64,000 bases of DNA from Mytilus edulis (lineage: Eukaryota). Shown here one piece after another: positions 25,439 through 39,119 of the stretch. The notes under the pieces are model-generated. The model was not told the origin of the DNA. It ran no database searches and saw only the letters and a program-made list of their open reading frames with translations. The number at the start of each line of letters is the position of its first letter. The first letter of the stretch is position 1. Both the position numbers and the translations under genes were made by a program. The stretch lies in NCBI RefSeq assembly GCF_963676685.1, contig NC_092351.1, positions 22,878,001 through 22,942,000 of the forward strand. The letters are read 5' to 3'.

Positions 25439-26460
25439 TATCGTATTAGGTCACTACCACATTGCTTAACAAATTTATGGTAACGACTATCCAAACATGA
25501 TGTATATAGATAAGTGGCCTATCAAAATGTTTGTTTTCTGTCAACATTAGAAGGTGGGATTGAGCACTCACAGTATTTTCGTAACTTAATGTATCATTAA
25601 TGAACGTTATAAAGTTGTTGTATTTTACAATGGTTTTGACGTCAAGAGTTCAAAATAACCCTGTGTCTCGACTGCCTTCGCTGCTCGTAGTGTAAAAAAT
25701 GAAAAGTTTGATACGTTTTAATATAATGGAATTTTTGTCGTCGATATGTTAATTTCATTTGCAACTTATTGAACCCTATTCTAGTATATTTTTTTCGAAA
25801 GCAAAGCTCAAAAACAATACAGTATCTCCTTAATGGCAAATTGGACGCCATTTAAATACCATAACTGTAACAAAATCGATTTTAAAAAAGGAATTGTTTA
25901 AAAACCAGCTTTGATTAGTTTCATATTTTTTATGATGTGTACATTCATATCTTAAACTGTTTTGCATTTTCCGCCTCATATTGTTATCGACCACCGCTCA
26001 AGCAATTAAAAGTATATCATGTTAATCGAGGACTCAATATACATATTTAGTTTCGCCGTCAAAGCCGTTGATCATTGTTTAATTTTTCGTACATACTTGT
26101 ATCCAATTAAGTCTCTGATGAGTAGAAAAAATGCATCCCGAAGGAATAGACTAGAAGAGAAACATTCAAACTTTGTGGCAGTTATCTATTCCATTTATTC
26201 ACTCTCCGGTTTACACCAGTATCAGCAGCTTGACACAGGTATAGAGAGCTGTCTATTGATGGAGACTATGTTGCTCTCTGGATGTCGTTTGATTACGCTC
26301 AGCTGCTACCCAAATGAAGTAAAACTATCTTATAATAGAGAATTTCAAAACACAAGGAGCGCCACTTTGCTTTGTCAGTCGAAAATAGGATATATATTTT
26401 CATTCAGATTGATGAATTGTGTTGATTGGCCAGCAACATTTTGATAGACTAGTATATAGT

Positions 26461-26482
26461 AGACGAAACGCGCGTCTGGCGT
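26461..26482 (+). ncRNA. 3' half of a minimal type I hammerhead ribozyme (remnant)
   Basis: agac-GAAA-cgcgc-GTC-tggcgt = stem II 3' strand, GAAA core, palindromic stem III, cleavage triplet, stem I 3' strand; CUGAUGA half missing here but near-matches occur in sibling copies. Confidence 0.55.
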
Positions 26483-27512
26483 ATAAAATTATAATCCTGG
26501 TACTTTTGATAACTATATACCCATACATATAACAACATTATTTAAAAGGATTATCTAGTAGGTAATAAACGCATATAGATATCGAATCTGAATAACAGCC
26601 AAACATATATTTATCAAAATTACCATACTTATAATTTGATAGGAGAGACATTGTTTTGTAGTTTTGTCTAGTTAAGATGCATGCGTAGTAATGAAATGAA
26701 AATAATTGAAAGTTTAAATCAAATAGAGTATTGAAGAGCATTAAAAACCAAAGTCATCGAAGAGAGGTACCAATCATAAAAGAATAATCAATCTCGCCTA
26801 ATGGAAGTCATTGTGTCACAACAACTGAGTAGGGACTTTGTTTGACTTTAGAACGTAGAACTTATCCAACTTGTAATTTTCCTTACAAATATTGCTATAT
26901 TATAGTTATCATTATGTACATCTCTGTTGCAGTGTTAAGCATTAGCGTTTTTTTTTCATTTATTTTCTGTCAAAATGTTAAACAAGTGCAACGCTGATGA
27001 ATTTTCCGAAAATCTATAATATGTAGAAACCATTGTTTTTTTTTTTATAAATTTGATTAATGTAAATTGAGGAAATTCATAATCGACTTTTATAATTTCA
27101 TAAGAGGAACACTTTAATAATTGTTTAATGAAATTAAAGCTTTAAAATTTCCGTCTAATAATTGAGAAAATAATTTATATGGGAATTTGATCTATATATT
27201 TAAATATTTTTTCATTTCGACATGTACGTCTATGTGTAGTAATAATTTGCTTCTACTTTTACATCTACTTATTAAATGTCTAGAAAGTTGCAGCAAAATG
27301 ACACACTTGCTAAAATCGATGTAGCAAATTTAAAATTACAACAATCCCTTGTATCCTTCAACATGTACAGCATGTCTGTTTCCTGTCACTCTCCTTTCTA
27401 CAAGTATCAAATATGCATGTTTCCGTCCCTGTTTCAAGTATACCTATATATTTAGATATTTTATAGATCCACTAGTAAAGACTGCATTCGAATCATCATT
27501 AACATATTGAAA

Positions 27513-30500
27513 ATGTTCGTACATTTTGTTGTTGGTTTACTGGTTGTGACACAACATGTGTACACCTCAACACCATGCTGCATGCCAGATAAATTTGAAT
27601 CACACGAGTATGTAGAAGCACGTATCATCAACATGGCCAAGTCAACTTATTTACAAACGGTAAAATATTGATATTGAATTCATGATTTTTTTTATTCATT
27701 TGTGACTATTTAATGTATTTGTCTTATGTTTCTTATTAAAAATCAAATTAACGAAATGATATCATAAATATAATAAAAAATAAGAACAAAAACAAAGGAT
27801 AATGAACATGTAGGTCAAAGTCGGACAGATAATACTTTTGTCAAAAGGAAAAGAAATACTGTGGATTCATTAATATTCGTTGGATACCAATTTTCGTGGA
27901 TTTCGTGGGAACAGAGAAAACCACGAATTTAAATGTTCAACTACAGATTTTCTAAAGGAATGTATTCAAACCTTTCCAAAAACCACGAATTTAAATATCC
28001 ACGAATATGCAAGTTTTCCTCAATCTACGAAAATCGGTATCCACGAACATAAATGAATCCACAGTAATCAACCACCAAGATCATTTCCCGAAGCATATGT
28101 TTAAGAAATATGACTAAGCCTATAACAATTGAAGATAGACAAGGTGTGATCATTTGTTTTAGGCAAATATGAATATATCGTATGATTTTACGAGCAAGAA
28201 AACAGTGACGTTTGTATATAACATAAAGGCAGACGGAAAAGTTTTACCGCCATTGTCTACACTTGTCGATTATGAGGCGGTAAGTACAAAAAAATATTTT
28301 ATATGAATGTACACATCATAAATATTATGAAAATAAACAAATCTACTCTTTAAACAAAATAAAAACATATCTATTTATATAAATAAAGGCAACAGTAGTA
28401 TACCGCTGTTCAAAACTCATAAATCCATGGACAAAAAACAACATCGGGGTAACAAACTAAAACCGAAAAAATATATAATAGTATTTATTGGGCGCTCATT
28501 ATGTCAAACAAGGAGACACTGTAGTGTATGTTTAGCTTTGCATACGAAAAACATATACTAGTAAAGTGTTTCATTTTGCAAATCAAGTTAGCATTGCAAC
28601 GCAAACTCTCTTATATGTTATAACGTATTAAAAATTAATTTCTTTACACTGACAGCAGCAAAAGCAGGCGAGACACAGGGTTATTTGGAACTCTTGACGT
28701 CATTTTATCTTGATCTATAATGATTTTTGTTTTTGCCAATTTATATTTTTAATCTAAACAAAAACACTAACTTAATATACTGATCTGGAATGATGTATTA
28801 TACAATTCCTAGACTAGAATATTTAAAAAAAAATATTGTAAGACCTTCAAACACACACCATATAATTCTTAGGGTGAGTGATTATACTTATTATATAATT
28901 AAAACTATTATTTTTAAAATAACTAATAAATAATACACATGTATCATATATAACTTTCAATCATACACAATCATAACCAACAAATAAATTCAAACGCTTT
29001 AATTCAGGGAGTTGCTTACGTTGTTCAAAACAACAAGTGTACGAAGAGTGCAGTTCCTATAAAATTGCGACGTGCTTGTGTACCAGGTAAGAAAATAAAT
29101 GTACTAGTTAAATATCTGCCAGGGTATTAATGGAGGATTTTTATATGTTACCATTATAATGAAGATGTGTATTTGAGAAAAATTAGATAGTACAAGATTA
29201 AATATCATTCAGGTGTTCAGTTTGTAGTCATTTCTTGTGCATATATTCAAGGTGACATTTCAATATGAGTAAAAGGAATATGGGTATACGTCATTGGGAC
29301 ACTAACATTTCAACGACGCACATGGTCAGAATTCGTGTAAAATGAAGCACGCAGTCTAAAGATATAAACAGGTGTATAAGCAAAATACTGAGATTTCGAT
29401 AACACATGCAAATCATTAGGACATTTCACAAGACCACCATGACATCTCAATAACGCAGTCACCGATGGCTTTTTTTTCTCATTCTCTGTCTGAACTTGGT
29501 TATTGTAGTTCAAAAATTCAATGACATCTTAAATATATGCAGTTTAAAACTTACATTTAAGAGATGTGCCACTATTATTTAGAATATAGTTGATAGCAAT
29601 ATGATTGGATTTCTCCTCTTCTCTGGATCGCAATTTATCATCGAAATCGATTGATTACGAAAATGTCATTTGAAGCTAGTCATCCGTGTACATTTGTTTA
29701 CAATTGACTGTCATCTAATCTTTGCTATTTTGTTTTGTTGTTGAACCCTGATATCAAACTCATATCAGTTGAAAATTCCGAGAAGAAATAAAAAGTGTTA
29801 CGCCTGTTTTTAAAAAGTGGATGATGCAAAAGGAACAACCAACACTGAAGATTTCCGACAAAAGTTTGGCAAAAAAATAAAAAATAAATACACGTTTACA
29901 AAATACTGCAAAGAAAATAAAATACCGAGCAAAAAACCCTAACAAATGAGGTGGCTTAAGGTGTTCCGGAAGGACAAACAGGTTCACATGTGGCACCCGT
30001 CGTGTTGCTCATAGTCACTTTGAATTCGGTTTATATATATATCCTTGACTTAGGCCTAATTTCATAAATTATAGGTCCAATGATTTCATTATAGAAATGT
30101 TCAAGATTGTTGAAACTACACACTTTGGTGCTGGTTCAGAGATGTTAGCTGTACATAAATATCAGTCCAGCTATGGAAATAGTACAAGCAGTTTTACAGT
30201 TACAGCACAGAACTGTTATTACATCAGCTACGAAGCTTACGATTGTAAGATTATATATATTTGAAACGTCTAGTTACCTAACCAGAACAACAAAGATAAA
30301 ATAAAACGCAAACTATACGCAAGAAAAAAAAATATAATTTAGTCACTGTTTTTAGTATGGACAATTTGAAAGATATAAATCGACAGAAGGTGCGATGCCT
30401 TCAAAATCAATTATATTTTTTTTTACCAATCCATGAATTAGACACAATATTAGCAGAAAAGTTTCAATAGGAAATTTTAATTGAAAGTTAATGAGGATAC

Positions 30501-32909
30501 AGCTAGATGAGATTAAGTGTCCTCGTAAAACGTAACGCTTATAACGATTTAACTATATTTTTTTTAATTGATCCAACACATTTGCTTTTTATATGACCAT
30601 ACATTATCGGAATTTATAGCAAGTATAGTTATCTGCATATTGTAATTCAATTAATTCAGAACTAATTTTGTTTTCAATTGGTATAGATTATATCTTTCGT
30701 CGAAATTACGCTTACATGTTCATTTGTGTATAACAAAACATATTATATTGTGAATGAAATACATGATACACAATTAACGTTTAAAACAGCCCAAAGACCA
30801 GCAGAAAGACCACGTGGTGTAGTATTTGGAATCACACTAGGAATTAAAAATCCATCCGTCTTTAGTGTTCCTGCTCTATGTAAAAAGACAGCTGATCTGC
30901 AGGTAATATTCGGAAAAGGATACATATTGAACTAGAAAAAGCTTTGACAAATAGGTACTGAAGATCAGACTTTATTTTTATAATAGGAAGGATAATTTCG
31001 ATGAAAGAAAAGGTTATCTTGATGTAACTTAAGATCATTGCTAACCTTACTGTAAATATGTGTTAATGAAAGTAAGATACGAATGTATCTCAAACAACGG
31101 GTTAAGATCATACATGTTCAACAGTGTTTTATTGACATTGTTGATAAATATTTTAATCTACCAAATCAGTGATTGAATTACTTCTATCATTACAATAATG
31201 TAATACAAAACTTGCAATCCCCTTCTCGCAACTCTATTCTCAAACAGAAAGGAGACCTGTTAACTACAACACTACACTGTCGTTACGACAACACTTGGGT
31301 AATTTATGTTGTATGCTGGGTTAAATCTGTTCCGACATACATATAGAAAATTTATCTATAAGGCTTACAATGCAATACACAAGCTTTCTATTCTATTTGC
31401 TGACTTTTCTAATTCTATTTCCATTTTCTAAACTGGATTGTTTGGTAGAAATCTAACGCGATTCAAAATTAACTTACAATGATCTTATTGGTTACTTTAC
31501 AATATTTACTATAGTTTTACTTATTGGCTATTCAATTATTCGACCATATTTGAATATATATGTGCCTTCGAATGCGATTTAACGTTCTTTACCACGACCA
31601 ATTTGTGGAACATAAGGGACTGCTTAACCTTTCTATTCAGGATTAATCCTATATTGTTTTCATTCAAAAATCATTTATAACGTTTAGTATATTCAGAAAT
31701 ACGTTTTTTTTAAGGTAGATTCAAGATATATCGCCATCTTGGATTGTACAATAGCAGAACACAATCGGTCTAGTTCTTTGCCTAAATCTGCAAATTTGGT
31801 TACTAAACTGTTTATTTGTATAAGGAAAATAAGAAAAATAAGAGGTTAATAAAATTGCATTTCTTAGATGTTTAAACAAAAACCAAATATGTGGGTATGT
31901 TTAGAATCAATTTTTTCAACTCAGCCATTTAAGGGGAGATTACTCTTTCGAAAAAAAATATATTGGAATGATATATGTAGCAAGAAAAAAAGCTCGGTGA
32001 CAACATTTTTATTATTATTTTCTTAATGCATAATATAAAACCTATCTTCTCATATTTTATTTTAAAATTCTATCTCATAGATTAAATTGTATGCACAAAA
32101 TGTGTTTTTTCGTGAACAATCTATGAAAATTTAGGAAATTTTGCACGACTTGTAAAATAAAAAAAAAAACGCACGGTGACCTATACTTTTTATTACATTG
32201 TTGAAAAGCAAAAAAAGAATCTTAAGTTTGGCAAAGTAAATTCTATCTGAGGCAATATATACCGATTAACTACCTTAAAAAGTCTAAGTATTTATAATCG
32301 GAAGCAATAATTCACTTGAGCCGCGCGATAATCAATATTTTCTCACAAGTTACTTTGAAGTTTAAATCATATATCCCAACAACTTAGAAATAAAACAAAA
32401 ATAGAAAAAAAAATATTCAATCATGCAATATGCACTTTGATGATTCAAACGAGAACATTAACTAATTTAACCAATGATTGTTTCATTAGTTGCTATTGGC
32501 TTTAAACTAGCTGTCAGTAACTGCAAGTACTCTTAGATCTGTACTTAGTGTTTTTTTGTTGTTGTGGAAATGTATAAATATCCTGCCACGTCCGGTATTA
32601 GTTTTGTACCTGTTGTAATTCAGTGGTTGTCGTTTGTTGTTGTATATCATATTTTTTTTGTGTGCATTGTTTTGTTCATTAATCAGGTCGTCAGTTTTCT
32701 CGTTTGAATTATTTACATTTGTCATTTTTGGGGCCTTTTATTGCTGACTTTAGGGTATGTTTTTTAACAATATTTTTTACACAATATATGGTGCATCATT
32801 TCCGCATATCACTGTTATATCTATATCTTCTTTTTTATTAACTTTTCACTATTTTTCTTTTCAGGATATACCAGAATACCAGGCAGGCAAATTCCATCCT
32901 TTTGTTTGA
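27513..32909 (+). CDS. EPDR: Ependymin-related secreted protein, copy 3 (6 exons, ~216 aa)
   Basis: Exons 27513-27659 (MFVHFVVGLLVVTQHVYTSTPCCMPDKFES..QT), 28163-28279 (ANMNISYDF..LVDYEA), 29008-29086 (GVAYVVQNNKCTK..ACVP), 30095-30244 (EMFKIVETTHFGAG..TVTAQNCYYISYEAYD), 30790-30902 (SQRP..GITLGIKNPSVFSVPALCKKTADLQ), 32865-32909 (DIPEYQAGKFHPFV*). All GT-AG and frame-consistent. Confidence 0.92.
27857..28066. mobile_element. Tc1/mariner-like MITE in intron 1 of EPDR copy 3
   Basis: Perfect TIR tactgtggattcatt / aatgaatccacagta including TA ends; internal ccacgaa repeats; relatives at 34202-34396 and ~47817-47892. Confidence 0.85.
31714..32274. mobile_element. Kolobok-like MITE with TTAA target duplication, intron 5 of EPDR copy 3
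   Basis: ttaa-ggtag ... ctacc-ttaa; related to 24321-24961. Confidence 0.7.
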
Positions 32910-33864
32910 CGAGAAAGAAAACAATTCTTCGACTTACATGTTTATGTCTCTCAGTTTCTTAACATGGAACAAAATAACAATTCTCCAAAAACAATTTGTG
33001 AAGATGAAATCTATCAGATGATGCCTTTGACACTAACAATATGTATACGCACATGTAATTTTTATTTAAGAAATCGATCTTAAATTTTATTCCTATTTAG
33101 AAGGGAAGAAATTGACTTTTTGTGAAACTTTCATGTTTTTTAATTTGAATATACAGTGCAATGATCATCTTTTATATATTAACAATAACCCTCAAATTTT
33201 ATAACAAATTGTTAAAGGTATCATAATTTTCTCATTAGGACTGATGTTTTTTTTGTATTTGTTTTTTAATACTAGTAGTTGAAACTTTAATTAAATGTTC
33301 TTTTTGTCTTGTTTTGGTAAATAGCTTGTTTATATGCCTACAAGTGATATGGCGAAAAAGGTTACCATGCTCTGGTACAATTGATACCATTGAAAAATAA
33401 TATTTTGTCGCAAATGGTACAGCTGAAACTTATAAATTAAACTAGAAGGACCCCAATTCTTAATGGCAGTGTGCCCTTAAATCTCGGTACTTGGCTAATC
33501 AACTTCATACTTTGTTTAGCCTTTCAAAATTTTAATTGACCATCACTGATCAGTCTGTTGTAGACGAAACAAATACAATTGTCCAATAAAAGAATAGGAC
33601 AGTTGAAATGTGTCAAAACCCTAGTAGCGAACCCAATATAAATAAAGTTTGGTTTAAGGGCATTATCATTTACTAAAATTGGAAAGATAAACGGAATGTT
33701 TATACAGAAGCATGTGTTGATTAATGAAAGTAAACTATATAGTGTTAATCCATGCAAATTAAAAAAAAACTAGTTTAAATACGTTTCTAAAAATGATAAG
33801 AACAAGGGTTGATCCTTTAAAATCGCATGAACTCCATGTCATGCGTAATGTTTAGATTCTCGAG

Positions 33865-34115
33865 CGCATGACAATGTCATCAGTACATGATATTGTCATT
33901 TGCAAAGGTCAGCATATTGCCATTATCATCTGCAAAAGTCAGCATATGTCAATGTCATCTAAAGATCAGGGTATGGCAATGCCATCTGTAGAGGTCGGCA
34001 TATTGCTATGACATCTCAAACATCAGCACGTGTGTCATCTACAAATAAACTCACCATATACAAGGATGCATATTGGATGTCATCTATATAGGTTAGCATA
34101 TGGCAATGCTAACTG
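33865..34115. repeat. ~30-bp degenerate minisatellite
   Basis: Unit approximately gtcatctgcaaaggtcagcatattgcaat, about 8 copies. Confidence 0.7.
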
Positions 34116-34201
34116 GAAAGGTAGGAAAAAACTACAGGAATACAATGATGAGTTATCTTTTTCCATAAAGTTATAGATTTCATTGTTTATTGTTTAACGC
34201 T

Positions 34202-34396
34202 TACTTTGGGTTCATTTATTTTCGTGAGTACCAATTTTTGTGGATCAAGGAAAACTTAAATATTCTTTGATATTTAATTGCGTTGTTTTGCCGAACTTTG
34301 CATACAAGCCTATAAAACATTTGTTATTCGTTGAACATTTTAATTCGTGGTTCACCGATACCCACGAAATCCACGAACATTAATGAATTTACAGTA
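34202..34396. mobile_element. Second, more diverged Tc1/mariner-like MITE
   Basis: tactttgggttcattt...aatgaatttacagta, similar to 27857-28066. Confidence 0.7.
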
Positions 34397-35116
34397 TTTA
34401 ATAGAAGATATAACCATTATGGAATATCGTATGCGCGTGTTTTGTAAAGAAAAATCGAAATCATACATTTATTATATCCAGATAAAAAGTAAAATAACAA
34501 AATACCGAACCGCAAGGAAATTTCAAAACGGAAATTCCCTTATCAAATGGCAAAATTAAAAACTCAAAACAAGGTTTTCTTTCGAGACAATCATGACCCT
34601 TTAAACTTTCAGACCTCTTACTGGATATGTGTATTTTTAGATAAAGTTTTAGTTCGTTTTCACCAACACGTGACAATGTCAAATCTAGATTTTAGTCGTG
34701 ATTGCATTGTGTGTAATTTTAGAGACATGTCACACGAATCTTGTTGGTTAACGAAAATTAATTGTAATATAAATAAATAGGTGTTCCTTTACAGAAATCG
34801 TGATATCATTTGTCATAACGCAAATGTATATAGCAGAGAGACGAAAGATACACAGGAGAACATGTTAATGACGGAGAAGGAAGGACGAAGTACCTTAGCA
34901 CCAATTTTATCGTTTTATCAAGTGTGTGTTTAGTCACAACACAATCGTTGATTAAACATACTTGTATTGTTACTTTCACTCCACATTTTATCTATTTTAA
35001 ATTATCCCTTTAGAACTGAAACAGTCTTTTAATCCTCGACGTCATCTTGTAAAAATGTAGTTTTAGATTTGTAGATTTTAAAAATGTTTTATCTGTGTCG
35101 TCCGCGATGTCTTTCC

Positions 35117-38100
35117 GACTTGACTTAATCCACTTCGTCCCATGGGGGACATAGGGCGACCACAGTGGCTTTCCATCTTTTCTTGTCCTTGGCTAATTTC
35201 TTTTCTTCTCCCCATGTTTTCCCGATTTTCTGTAGATCAGATGTTAGATCTCTGCGCCTTGTGGATTTTGGTCGCCCTCTTTTACGATGACCGTGATGAT
35301 TCCAATCTAACGCCTATCCAGTTACATTTGTGTTGTTTTTATGTAACGTGTGTCCAATCCATTTCCATCTACGTGTTGTAATCGTTCTTTCTATTGGTCC
35401 TTGTCTTGTCCTTTTCCATAATTCCTTGTTGCTAATGGTGTTTGGCCACTTGATTTCAATAATGTTTCGTAGACACCTGTTCATGAAAACTTGAAGTGTT
35501 TTAGTAAACGCAGCTGTTGACCCATAGAGAGGTATAGTTTTTAGATTTTAGTTGAAGATCCTGCTTTTGGTGTTTGTTCTGAGTACTTTGCTCCTCCAGC
35601 CTGGTTTAAGGATAGCAAAGGCGTGTTGTGCTTTTCTTTTTCTAGATTGAATGTCTTCAAATGCCCCTCCTGATGTACTGATGATACTTCCAAGATATGT
35701 AAATCCTCGGACGTCTACAATTTCAGCATCTCTGACTTTGGTTTTGTTAAGTTGATTTGCATTTACCGTCATAGATGTTGTCTCTTTTGCGTTTATGTAC
35801 AGTCCTACTTGTTTTGCAGTTTTTTCAAGGTTGGTTGCTTGGTTTTATGAGTCTTCATGGCGATGGAAAAGCTGGCAGATATCGTCTGCAAAGTCAAGGT
35901 CTTCGAGGCATGACTGTAGTGTCCATTGAATACCCAGCTGAGGAGTATTGTATGATTCCTACTAACCCAAAATATAACCATCAGAAAAAGGAGAGGGGGA
36001 GTAAATATCCTTGCTTGACACCAGTTGATACAGGAAATGGGTATGTCAGGGTATCTGCATGGCTCACTTGACATGTAAAACCGTCATAGAGCTGTTGGAT
36101 GACGGATATGATTTTTGTCAGGTATTCCATAATATCTAAAGTACTTGATGGTCTATACTATCAAAGGCACTCTCAAAATCTACAAATGTTAGGTATAGGA
36201 CTATCTGCCAATCAATGGTTTGCTCAATGACGATTCTTAATGTGGCAATTTGGTCATTACATGATCTCTCTTGTCTGAAACCGGCCGGTTCATCTCTCAT
36301 TAATTTATCACATTCTTTCTTTTATCTTCGTAGGATGATGTGAAAGGAGAGGGACGAAAGATACCAAAGGGACAGTCAAACTCATAAATCTAAAACAAAC
36401 TGACAACGCCATGGCTAAAAATAAAAAAGACAAACAGAAAAACAATAGTACACACGGACACAACATAGAAAACTAAAGAACAAACAACACGAACCCCACC
36501 AAAAACTAGGGGTGATCTCAGGTGCTCCGGAAGGGTAAGCAGATCCTGCTCCACATGTGGCACCCGTCTTGTTGCTTAAGTGATTACAAATCCGGTAAAT
36601 CCGATATCATTTGTGAAACGGTTATTCCATAACGGTCAACCAACTCGTGATGGCGTCCGTAAAATTCACGAAGGGATGATTTCAACTTCCCCATTTGGAA
36701 CTCTTGGTTTAATAGCTTCCTTGTGAGCAGCAAACCTCTATCAAGAAAATCATGATAGGAAATGCAAGCACGGGAATATCGTATCAATTGGGAGATATAT
36801 ACCCCGTATGCAGGTGCTGCTGGAATGTTGCTACTTAGAAATGGAAAGTTCACAATTGGAAAGCTGAAATCATCTCTTTTGTCGTAAAGTTTTGTTTTCA
36901 ACCGACCCTCATTGTCAATTTCTAGATGTAAGTCAAAATATGAAGCCGACTTAACTGTATCTGTAGTATCCTTTATCTCTAGTTCGATTGGATAGATGCG
37001 TTCCACATAGTCACCAAATTTTGAATTGTTTAGTGAAAGAACATCATCTATATAGCGGAAAGTAGAGTTAAAGGATATTGCTAACTTCTTATCTTTCTTC
37101 CTAAGAAGTTCCTACATGAAGTCAGCCTCATAATAATAAAGAAACAAGTCGGCGAGTAGAGGGGCACAGTTTGTTCCCATTGGAATGCCGACAGTCTGTT
37201 GAAAAACACGTCCTCCGAACGTAACAAATATGTTGTCAATCAAGAAATCAAGCATCTTGATAATATCAGTTTCAGAGAATTTTTTGTTTGAATCAGAGTG
37301 ATTCTTTACAAAGTAGGATTTATCCCTCCCTAAGACAAGATACTTGTACCTACGTTGGCCATTCTTTTTTATGAAGCAAAGTAATATCAACTCTTTCAAT
37401 TTGTCTTTTAGTTTGGAATGTGGAATACTTGTGTACAGGGTAGAAAAGTCAAATGTTTTAATACTGTTACAAGATGAAAGAGAGTTAGATTGTATGTACT
37501 CTAAAAGATCTTTTGAATTTTTAAGTATCCACATCTGATTCACGCCACCTCTAGAATAGGCAGTTTCACAATAACTTTGAAGCCCGTCTTTGATTGCTGA
37601 TAAAATAGATGTTAATAATTTAGAAAGAGGTTTCGTGGAGCACTTGGAAGACCCAGCAATATACCGTTGTGTGTAAGGACACTTATGTAGTTTAGGTATC
37701 CAATACAGTGATGGAAGATCCAGTTCTTCATCTTTGGTTGAAATTCCAAAGGAACATAGAACAGACCTATGATTATCCAGGATTTCCTCTTTGGTAAGTG
37801 TCGTGAGGGTATATGTTGAGTTTCCAAGTGAATTGTCAATACCTAATTCGTTTACCAAGCAGTTGATGTAGTGACTTTTACACACAAAAACGATGTTATT
37901 TGGGGCTTTATCTGCGACATAGTGACATAGGACTTGGTAGTTTAATGATGATTCATTTACGCCAGTTATCAGGTATATGTTAGTCATTTTATATTTTGTT
38001 AAGTAGATGGAAAAGTTTATCAATACAGATGTTATCCATAGCTTCAGGGGGTATGTTGTCAATTCCTCCTGCTTTTCTATTTTTGTTAGTTGTTTTATTG

Positions 38101-38285
38101 CAGCATTTACCTCTGTTTTGGTTATATCTCTTGTCTTGATATTCAGAACCTTTCTTCCTACTATGTTAAGTGGGTCTGTTTAGTACTTCCTCAAAATGTT
38201 CTTTCCATCGTTTGAATTGTTCTTCGTTTTTTGTAATTACATGGCCACTTGTATCTTTAACTGGAGCGTTTGAGTTGCTTTTAAT
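35117..38285 (-). mobile_element. Degenerate RTE-type LINE, split by a nested Penelope-like element
   Basis: Minus-strand broken frames give AGFRQERSCNDQIATLRIVIEQ, FVDFESAFDSID, YGIPDKII, TGVKQG, LEDLDFADDI, FTYLGSII, and C-terminus ALCPPWDEVD* followed by a (aagtc)n tail near 35117; upstream part (KRWKEHFEEVLN, EVNAAIKQL, NWRK) resumes at 37917-38285. Confidence 0.85.
36347..37916 (-). mobile_element. 5'-truncated Penelope-like retroelement (family A), second copy, nested in the RTE LINE
   Basis: Near-identical to 9808-11521; ORFs 37112-38062 and 36584-37006 are one RT split by a CAG>TAG change at 37112; ~70-bp deletion near the natural stop. Confidence 0.92.
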
Positions 38286-39119
38286 ACTATGGCATCCATA
38301 CAGTCTAGTACCGGCCAGTAACATATATAACATCGAACAATTTATATCTGCGAAGTGTGTTTGTCATGTCAATGGGAATAGGAGGAGTTCGATCATCGGC
38401 AAGGATCCGTCAACAAAGCCAACCTGATATTTACATTAAAATTAAACCATATGTTATGATACGAAAAGCAATGAAAAAGAAAGACATCGCAAATGATGAT
38501 ACAATTAACTGAGACACCTTTCTAGAGTGGTTTCATTATCGCAGATTCATGAAACGGTCTCGTACGAGCTCAACCCATTCAAGCCGATAGAAGTGCCGAG
38601 GAGTGCACCGCCTTGATACGTCGAACTTTAATCATAAATTTGGTGCTACCTATAGACAATTGACAATGTAAATAATAGTGTTTATGATGTTCATAGTGAA
38701 AATAATTATCTCATTAGTGATCTGTCTGGTTGTAATATATTTAGTGAACAACAATATAATGTAATAAAAAGATGCACTAATAATCATAAAACAATAAATA
38801 TATCACCCAGTAATATACCGGTAGGCGGTAATACGTGTATTGATGAAATAGATGATCAGATAAATTTAATTTTTAATGTAAATGTTGAGATTGATGAGAA
38901 TACAAATATTTTAGATGATGAGAGCCAACGCCTCATTCTAAGCAGTGAATCTTTAGATCTATATCTCAGGTAAAAGCTTAAACAGAAAGATGTGGTATGA
39001 TTGCAGATTGTCAAGAGACCAAATGAAACAGAAATTAACAACTATAGGTCACTGTATGGCTTTCAACTATGAACAAAGCCCAAACCGCATAGTCAGCTTT
39101 GAAAGACACAGAAATGTTC

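Noticed and set aside
26019-26444. 141-aa ORF between the divergent EPDR pairs
   Set aside because: No recognisable motifs or splice context; overlaps repeat-like sequence.
37917-38062. N-terminal extension of the 316-aa RT ORF
   Set aside because: Out-of-frame read-through from the flanking RTE LINE; the Penelope-like copy starts near 37916.
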